This document shows, piece after piece, positions 55,095 through 64,000 of a DNA stretch of 64,000 nucleotides; position 1 is the first letter of the stretch; every line of letters begins with the position of its first letter. The translations under genes and the position numbers were made by a program. The DNA comes from Rhina ancylostomus (Eukaryota), in NCBI GenBank assembly GCA_030265395.1, contig JARFYF010000112.1, positions 74,833,600-74,897,599 of the forward strand. Direction: 5' to 3'. Under the pieces are notes generated by a model. That model searched no databases, had not been told where the DNA came from, and saw only the letters and a list, made by a program, of their open reading frames with translations.

Positions 55095-56059
55095 TTTCAG
55101 ACCTTTGCATGTTGTAATTCCATCTTTGGAAGAGAAAGCTCTTTTTTGACTTCACTTAGGAATTCTCACCAATTTCACCCCATTCTAGGAAAAAATGGTG
55201 AATTCCTTCATCCATATGATATTTGATAGCATGGTATTACCTGGGAATTGAAAAATTTGAGCCTTGTTAACATATTGAAGCCAGGTAGATACAAGTGTTC
55301 TGGTATTGATCTGGACTGGAAAATAGGTGAAAAGGCTTGGATTAGACTTGTGACGTGAACTATGATGTAGATTTATTAAAATACCAAATGGACAATATTG
55401 GCGAATGATCAGCAGCTTTATTTTTATGAACTCGTAACCCTACTTGTATCCAAAAATAACAAACAATGATATAGTTTGCAATTGATAATAAGGCTGGAGA
55501 TCATTTCATTTTACTCATCCAGCAATCTCCAGTTTCTGTACTAATGATTTCTCACATATTTCCATTATCCTTTTTTTAAGAATTTCCCCATCTCTTTTTC
55601 ACTTCAGTTAAGGAATGTGCATCTGAAACATTAATGCTTCTATTTGCTGCACTGGTCTGTATTCACTTTATTTTTGTTTCATTAAATCTGGATTGCTATA
55701 TTAACATCTTGTTCAAGTTATTGTGCAGCATCTAGCCCAGATAGCTATTTGTCAGTACTCACTTTGAAGTGACTAGTCATGAATGTTTAAAAATTGTGAC
55801 AGAATTCCTTTTTATCTCACAGTCTGAGAGGAATTTAAATTGGCTTTTGGAGTGAATTGGCTGAAATCTGCAAGAGTTGAGAATGAAGCCTGCCGACTCT
55901 TGGATTAAACCTGAGAAGGTCAAGCTGCCATTGTAGAACTCATTAAGGATCTGCAGTTTATTAATTTAAATAAGTTGTTGTAATATTTTTTCCTGAATGA
56001 AAGTTTGGATAAAGTTTTGTTTAGTCAGATAACATTTTTGATGTTGATCAGTGTCAATG

Positions 56060-56660
56060 CACTCTCCACCTGTATTGGAATTGGTTCATTATTGTCACAT
56101 GTACCAAGATACAGAGAAAAGCTTTCTTTGTATGCCATCTGGGTAGATCATTACCATACATAAATACATCGAGGTAGTAAAAAGAATGCAGAATATGGTG
56201 TTGCAGTTGTGGAGAAAGTGCATTGCAGGCAAACAAATAAAGTGCAAGGGCCACAATGAGGTAGACTGAGGATCAAGTATTCATCTTTAGTGCATGAGAT
56301 GTCTGTTCAAGAGTTTGATTGCTGCAGGATAGAAGCTGTCCTTGTATCTGGTTGTACATGTTTTTCTATCTTCTGCCCAACAGGAGAGGGGAGAAGAGAG
56401 ATTGAAGTGGAAGGGGTCCTTGATTATGTTGGCTGCTTTCCCAAGGTGGCAGGAAGTTAGGTGGAGTCAATGGAGGGGAGGATGGGTTCCATGATGGACT
56501 GGGCTGCATTCACAACTCTTTGCAACTTCTTGCGATCTTGGGCAGATTAACTACCATACCAAGCTGTCAGACATCCAGATAGGATGCTTTCTATCATGCA
56601 TCTGTTAAAATTGGTAATATTGAAGTTCCTTAGCCTGATAAAGTAGAGGCACTGGTGTGT
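56060..56660 (-). mobile_element. Rex1/Babar-type retrotransposon 3' fragment
   Basis: same family as 40340-40615 (GGAGAGGGGAGAAGAGAG..CTTGATTATGTTGGCTGCTTT). Confidence 0.65.
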
Positions 56661-56799
56661 TTTTTTGGCTTGTACTCTTCCCCATCAGTGTGGCTATTTA
56701 ATCTGCAGTGATAATGTGGGTCTCGAGGAGAACTGTAATGGAAAACCACAGGAGCCCCAGAAGCATCAAAAGGATGGAGTGCTAACAATGTGGAGTTGC

Positions 56800-57560
56800 A
56801 TACAAGAGAGGGAATCATGAGTGTTACAACTGATAGGCAGGTATCCTGTGCACAAAGAATTACAGATAGAGGTTGAGTTTCTCAGACATATCAAAATATT
56901 ATCTGAGGCGGCTCTGAATATTATAGCCAGTGATTTTTTTGCAGCATTGTTTTCTGGATCTAGTGGACGTGCTCCACTGATAGCTGAGAAAGTGACTACT
57001 TCCATTAACTTCAATGCCCTGAGATGTTTCCACAGCTTTGTGGCGATAGGGTAGGATCTTGGTACCAGACCCTCAAAAAATGTCTCGGACACATGGTGGA
57101 TGTCTCACTTTCAATCACATCAATTATTTCACAGAAAAGTTAAGACAGAATATGCAGTTGATCAGGTTTGTGTCAGTCACTGGCGTCCAAGTTATAGAAG
57201 AATTGAAACAAGTGACACTTAAGGTAGAAGTATTCATTATTATTCAAATGTTACATGACAACAAAAATATTTTCAAGTGTTTAGAAAATTTCTGAGCAAC
57301 TGACATTATTCATCCTTAATCAGTCCATCCTTGCTATTGCTATTGGGCTATTGCTTAGAGGCAAAGGAAGTTTATTGAAGACAAAGGCAATGACATTTGC
57401 AAGGAAGCAAATGGCCCAGGAGCCCAATGGCCAAGTACAATTGTCCACCTCTAATTTAGATTTGTTTATTAATAGTCTGCCAATGGTTTCTCAGCAATTT
57501 GTGGACATGGTTAACTTCTGTCTCCCTAACGCACCTACAGTGATAGTATTTTTGTGTGGA
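56800..57560 (+). mobile_element. Possible very old hAT-superfamily transposase relic
   Basis: IKILSEAALNIIASD..F.G then frameshifted VD..STD.AEK..SI resemble the hAT 'DxSTD..KEQLSI' region; weak. Confidence 0.35.
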
Positions 57561-57889
57561 AGGTCCTTAGACCTTGCTGCTGAAGAGCCTCCTAATGTAG
57601 AAGTAGAGTAATTGGTAAATTAGTCTGCAACAAACACAAGCAGCAGACTACTNNNNNNNNNNNNNNCTTCATTTGACTGAGCCAAATCCTAAATGCACAG
57701 AAGAAAATTTCATGCCTTTTCTCCCTGGTGCAATCACCACACCCGCTTACCTATGATATTTAGATATAGTTGTTACTGTAGTATAGTATTAGTCACACCC
57801 TTTGTTGTGTGTTAATGTTGTAAATTACTATATTGCCATTTGCAAAGCTGCATAAAGAGTGAGAACTTTAAATGTGAGATTCACAGAAC

Positions 57890-58960
57890 AAAATCCCTCT
57901 GTATCATTCCTATCCAAATGCCTTTTAAATGTTATAATTGTATTTGCCTCTATCAACTCCTCTGGTAGCTTGTTCCCGATAACTGCCACTCTGTATGGAA
58001 AAAACTTACCCCTTAAATTCCTTTAAATCTCTCCCCTTTCCCCTTCTATCTGTGCCCTCCAGTTCTCGGCTCCCCTGCTCTTGGAAAAAGATAATCTTTC
58101 CTATCTATGCCTGTCATAATTTTATAAACTTAATATGGTCACTGCTCAGCTTCCTACGTTCCAGTGAAAATAAATCCAGCCTATCCAATCGCTCCTTATA
58201 ACTACAGTCCTCCATTTCAGGAAATATCTTGGTGAATTTCTTCTACACTGTCTATGCTACCACGTCTTTCCAGTAGTGTGCTGATCAGAAAAGCACACAA
58301 TACTCCTCAGTAGTCTCCAATCTGATTGCATGAAAGTCAATTTCTCTAACTCTGGTAACCATTCCCCTTTCTTCCCCCCCCCCCCATCCCATTGGCCCCA
58401 TCACCCTTTTTTCCCCTCTTGATCTGCCCATCACCCACACATTCCTCCCTCTGGTTCTCCTCCTCACCTCCTTCCCTTTATCCCATAGTCCACTGTCCTC
58501 TCCTATGAGATTCCAGCTTCTTCAGCCCTTTGTCACTTCCACCTATCACCTCCCAGCTTTTTTCATCATTCCCAATCTTCCCCTCCCTCACCTGCCTATC
58601 ATCCTCCTCTCACCTGGATCCACTAGCTCTTGCTCCACCCCTTCCCTCACCCTTTTTATGCTGACTATCTCCCCTGTTTCTTTCCAATCCAGATGAAAAG
58701 TCTCAACCTGAAATGTTGACTGTCCATTTCCCTCTCTAGAGGCTGCCTGACCCACTGAGTTCCTCCAGCATTTTGTGTGTTGCTCCACAATACTCCAAGT
58801 ACAACCTAACCAATGTTTTGTACAGCTGCAACATGGCATTCCCAACTCTTATACTCAATACCTCGGCTTATGAAGGCAAGTGTACCAAATGCCTTCTTCA
58901 CTACCCGATCAACCTTTGTCACTATTTTCAGGGAGCTAATGGACTTGCACTCCAAGGTCT
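57890..58960 (-). mobile_element. CR1 LINE 3' fragment (host of the Penelope insertion)
   Basis: CR1 sequence on both sides of 58307-58785 joins collinearly at CACAATACTCC. Confidence 0.75.
58307..58785 (+). mobile_element. Penelope-like element 3' fragment inserted into a CR1 copy
   Basis: starts with SLQSDCMKVNFSNSG* (like the Penelope C-terminal LQPxGMNxDFS), pyrimidine-rich UTR, hammerhead-like repeat; flanked by 11-bp direct repeat CACAATACTCC. Confidence 0.7.
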
Positions 58961-61874
58961 CGCAGAGGTGAATCAAACCAATTTCTCACATACTTGTGAA
59001 TCTTTAGAACTCTCTTCCTCAAAAGGTGGTGGAAGCAGAGTCTGAATATTTTTAAAGCAATGGTTGATAGATATTTGGTAAGCAAGGAATTGAATGTTTA
59101 CCATGGATAGAAGGGAATGCTGAACTGATGTTATAGTTAGATCAGATAGTAAGACCAGAGGTGCAGGCTTGAGGGGCTAAGTGGCCTAATCCTGTTACTA
59201 ATTTGTACGTATGCAAGTTCTTGTATCTCTCATATCTCCCTGTCTCAACTTATTCACATATAGAAGGACCTGTAACCACCTCCAAGCATGCAATGAAAAT
59301 CTGTTACTGACAGGCATGATTTGAGCACAACATTAAGAATGTTGTTAAATCAAATATCATTCCAATAGTCTTTAGTGGGTTTCAACAACAGAATGCATAG
59401 TTGATCATTTTGAACAAATCTATTAAATTAATATCCAAGAATATAGTGTCTTTTTTAAATACTGGATTAGAGTCAGGATTTTGTGAACCAAACATCAGAA
59501 GCTATTTTGCTTTTAGGCTTTGTCTAGGTAATTTTTTTTATGACATCACCCCACTCCTGACAAACTGGTCCAGTTACTATACCTGGTAACTAATTATTAG
59601 GAATTTAAACGAATTGTGTTTGTTCAGGTCAGGGCTGTTTTTCCAGTTTTTATGAGTAGTTGGGTATTTTCATTTTAGTAATTAAAAAAAAAATTGAAGT
59701 CATGAGATGCATCAACATTTGGACTCTTTTAGTCTTGTTACGGACTAGGTTACAATTAGTGAGGTTCCTTTAAGATAGTGTGTGTGTATGTGGCGTGCTT
59801 ATGTCAACAGAAGATAAAGAACATCATGATGTTGTTGAAACAACCAGTCAGAGTCAGTCTGAAGGAGAGAGACACCAGCCTGCTTGTTTTCTCTGTCGAT
59901 GGATGAGATACAGTAACTGTGACTGTCACTGCAATCCACATATGGATTGTTGAGAGTAATCTGGTGGAGTTCACTTTGTCAGTAACCTGTGGNNNNNNNN
60001 NNNNNNNNNNNNNNNNNNNNNNNNNNNNNNNNNNNNNNNNNNNNNNNNNNNNNNNNNNNNNNNNNNNNNNNNNNNNNNNNNNNNNNNNNNNNATTTTTAC
60101 TTCCAACATTCTAACATTTTTACTTTTATTTTTCTTATTATCATAAGTAGTTATTAATAAAGTAGTTTTTAACGCTTATACATGTCTCGGTGTGTTTCTT
60201 TTGTTGCTGGTTCGTAATAGTCTCTATCAGATTGTTGAAGAACTTCAAGCAATACTGCTACAGGGAATAAATTGCATATTTGGAAAGTTGTGCATTGATT
60301 TTTCATTTTCCTATAGTTTTTATTTATGTAACTAAGATAGTTACATCCATGTATTTTTAGACTTTATTCATGGGAAATGTTTTTTGTCATAATCAAACTG
60401 CTCGCAATGCATCACAAGCCATTTTCAAAAACCTCTGGCAAATGTGCTGTAAAGCTGCGATGCACCTGGTAAAGTTAATAGCTCACCAATGGATTCATCA
60501 GTTTAATTCACTTTGATCCCCATTGCCTGAGCAAATTTATGACCAACTTCTTCCTCTTGCTTTCTTTTTATTTTAGTTACAGTTTCTATAAGAACCATTT
60601 CCACCCACACTTTCACTCTGGGTTCTCCATGTAGAAACAAGTAAGATTGGTCAGCCTATAGCTGAGTGAAGGGAAGGGCTCTTAAAAGCAGAATATAAAT
60701 TTGATGTGGTTGCTATTTATTGCAGGCAGAGTGCTTTATTATTCCAGCATGAAGCTTTACTGAAAAAAATTACTTATTTAAAAAAAAATTACCTAAGCTT
60801 ACTTAATCATTTTGTTAATGGTTTAAAGCCAAATGTTTAAGCACTATTGCCCAGTGGTTGAAAAATAGACCCGTCACACACTAAATCTTACTGGTTACAG
60901 CAAGCACTCTGATGATGATCTAGACTTTGGAAAGCAGAATAATATACCTGGAGTAAAGTATGGTTTAGACTATGGAAAGGATTAATTATAGCTATTTTCA
61001 TTAATTTTTAAAATCAAATTTGTAATTCATACCCAACTTTGGACAAAATAATATTGAATTATGTATAAAAGGAAAATAATTGAATTTAGTGTCTTTCATC
61101 TGAATGATATTTTGTATTTTACTATTACTTCAACCTGTGGAAGGGTGCTTCTAACTTTGTTGTTTTGAATGAATAAGGATGAGTATTATAGATGGTTAAT
61201 TTCTGTATGAATAAAGATGGTGAAAGTATGTGCTCACTTTCTTTAGTGAATTAGCAGTCAGTCTTTTGGAGAGGCTGTAGATAAACAAACTGACAAATAT
61301 AAATGGGGTAGGGTGCAATGCAAGTTCTCCCCTCCACCATGTGAGAAGTCTTTAGAGACTGTTGGATGCCACAGAACACAATAAAAAAAACATGGAGTGT
61401 GATGGGAATTAGTCCCATGACGGTGAGTAATCAGAATTGAAATTGTGTTTACAACAAATGCAGCAGAGACCACGAATTTCCCTTTGTGATGAATGCAGAA
61501 GTGGAGACAGTTTGTTTGCTCTTCGTACGGCATTCATTTGTGGCAGGACAACACCTTTTTCATAGTATGGGCTTTGGTAGGCAGGGCCTATAAAGCGCAA
61601 GGCAAGTGATATCAATAATGACTGATTACAAGGTTACTTTTATCTGATTGGCTCAATGCTGGTAGGAGATGATCTGTACCTTACCTCTGATTATGTACAA
61701 AATGCCTTATTCATTCAGGGGGAAAGTGTGAACCATTTTCTACCACTCACGAGATCGATTGAAAAAAGCACACTTCTGTTTGACCTGAAATATAGATGGT
61801 GTGAGTGATTCTTTTCCCACAACAATCCCATAATCCCATATTTTTTTCCTCCTCACCCTAGTTCTGATTCTGAT

Positions 61875-62332
61875 AGAAACATGGAAAAACTACAGCACAA
61901 TTCAGGCCCTTTGGCCCACAAAGCTGTGCCGAATATGTCCCTACGCCAGAAACCACTGCACTTACCCATAGCCCTCTATTTTACTTAGCTCCATGTACCT
62001 ATCTAACAGTCTCTTGAAAGACCCTATCGTATCTGCCNNNNNNNNNNNNNNNNNNNNNNNNNNNNNNNNNNNNNNNNNNNNNNNNNNNNNNNNNNNNNNN
62101 NNNNNNNNNNNNNNNNNNNNNNNNNNNNNNNNNNNNNGGATCCACACCACAATGTCCCCCTGGATCCCATGTCTCCTCACCTTCTCCATAAGCCTCGCAT
62201 GGGGCACCTTATCAAACGCCTTACTGAAATCCATATACACTACATCCACCGTTCTCCCCTCATCGACGTGCTTAGTCACATCCTCAAAAAATTGAATCAG
62301 GCTCGTAAGACAGGACCTGCCCTTGACAAAGC
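61875..62332 (-). mobile_element. Relatively young CR1 LINE (reverse transcriptase and 3' end separated by a gap)
   Basis: VDEGRTVDVVYMDFSKAFDKVPHARLMEKVRRHGIQG; ADTIGSFKRLLDRYM. Confidence 0.88.
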
Positions 62333-62334
62333 TA

Positions 62335-62720
62335 TATTATTTCTATTAAGATAAAATGGGGAATCTCATTGAAATCTACCAGATACTGGAAGGCCTGAAT
62401 AGAGTGGATATAGAGAGTCTGGGATCCGGGGGCACAGCTTCAGAATAAAGAGATGTCCCTTTAAAACTGAGATGAGGAGGAATTTCTTCAGCTAGAGGGT
62501 GATGAACCTGTGGAATTCATTGCCACAGAGGGCTGTGGAGGCCAAGTCACTGGGTTTATTTAAGGCAGAATTTGATAGGTTCTTGATTGGTAAAGGGGGT
62601 TAAGGGTTATAGGGATAAGCTTGGAGAATGGGGTTGAAAAAAAATTGGTATGATTGAATGGGAGAGCAGACTCGATGGGCCAAATTGCCTAATTCTGCTC
62701 TTATGTCATATGGTCCTGGT
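62335..62720 (+). mobile_element. CR1 LINE 3' end
   Basis: LIEIYQILEGLNRVD, EMRRNFFS.RVMNLWNSLPQRAVEA, tail GATGGGCCAAATTGCCTAATTCTGCTC. Confidence 0.85.
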
Positions 62721-64000
62721 CTAAAATGTATCTGTTTCCTTCACTGACCTGCTGTATGGTTCTGACACTTTCTATATTTTTTGCTGTGAACTCTCCTGCT
62801 GAAGATGGTGATATAATTTATTTTATATGACAAGAAAGTACCTTGAAGTAAATATCCAAAGTCTGCAGGATGGTATTTTTAAACATAATTGATACTGAAC
62901 AACAGAAGGAATTTTGGGACAAAGGGTTTTGTTACAGGTAGGCTATATGGAGAATGTTACTGGCAGTGAAGGAGATGGAAAGTTTTAGGGAGGGTATTCA
63001 GTGCTTTGGATGGCTGAATGCATGGATGTGGAACAATTAAAATAGGCCAGTGGGAGAGAAGTCCAATGGTTTCGACATGGAAGCTGAAGAGGTTACAGTG
63101 GTAGGGTAGGCCAAGACCATGGAGGGATTTGAATGCAAGGATGAAAATTATGAAATCAAGGTATTGTGAGTCAAAGAGCTGGGGAAGGACAAAAGGAGTT
63201 TATTCATTCATGGGATGTGTATGTCACTGCCACGGTCAAGAATCATTCACACCATATATGCCCAACCCCTCTCCACCATCAAATGTCCTGAGAAAGTGCT
63301 AGTGATCTCTGAAGCAAGCAATTTCCAGCATTTTGACCTTGAGAACATGGAATGATATTACCCTGTTTCATATTATGAATGGAGGGGAATTTCAAGGCAA
63401 TGCTCCCGCTACCTTGTCCATCTAAGTTGAGGATTCAGGAGGTACTGTCAAAGAAGCCTGCTGAGTNNNNNNNNNNAGATGGTGTCGGGCTGCCAAGCAA
63501 ATAGGTTGTGTTGTCTTGGGTGATATTGAGATGCCTGAGTATAATAGAGCTGCACTCTACCAGAAAATTGGATTTTATCACACTTCAGATTTGTAGCTCA
63601 TAAGGGGAAGAAAGACTTTGCAGAGGCAAGAGGTCTTGATTCAGGCATGGACAAAAGGGTCAGATGAGCATGACTATGTCACCCTTTTGTCTATGCTTGG
63701 ATCAAGAGTATTTTAAGTATGGGGCCAATTGATCTTGGTGGAAGTTAACCTGTGATCCTGCACAAAGGAAACTGATTGTTATTGCTGGAGGGCAATCTTC
63801 TAAGCCCCTCAAGTATCTAGCCAGTGCAGAGACTTCCCTTTAGTTCCCATTGATTTCAGATTTATGGAGCTTTTCAATTCCGCAGTCAGTCAAATACTGC
63901 TTTGATATTAAGGATATTCATTCTTATCTAATCCTGTTGACCTTGTCTGGACCAAGGGTATAATAACATAAGAGCCAAATGATCTTCGTGAAAGTTTAAT

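Noticed and set aside
61409-61660. Short ORFs plus TATAAA and CCAAT-like motifs, checked as a possible next gene such as C1GALT1C1
   Set aside because: No recognisable coding similarity, no CpG island and no downstream exon in the window.

Overview
Eukaryotic, intron-rich vertebrate DNA from a gapped draft assembly. The repeat content (HE1-like V-SINEs, abundant CR1, Penelope and Rex1/Babar fragments) suggests a cartilaginous fish; this is inference. Two genes lie head-to-head. (1) CUL4B on the minus strand: ATG at 38249, 13 coding exons down to 1534 (1687 nt, phases consistent), and the gene continues beyond base 1. (2) A complete MCTS1 on the plus strand: 6 coding exons from 43450 to 54690, 546 nt, 181 aa. 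Each gene has its own CpG-rich promoter and one minor-spliceosome (U12) intron: AT-AC in CUL4B (24896-27596) and GT-AG in MCTS1 (48668-50989). The rest is intronic or intergenic DNA full of decayed transposable elements. The most interesting details are a family of Penelope-associated minimal hammerhead-ribozyme motifs, a perfect U12-type donor 7 nt inside a U2 CUL4B intron behind an in-frame stop, and a 5x15-nt minisatellite filling most of a 127-nt CUL4B intron. I see no convincing evidence of a wholly new gene system. Repeat boundaries are approximate and all family calls come from motif recognition, not database searches.
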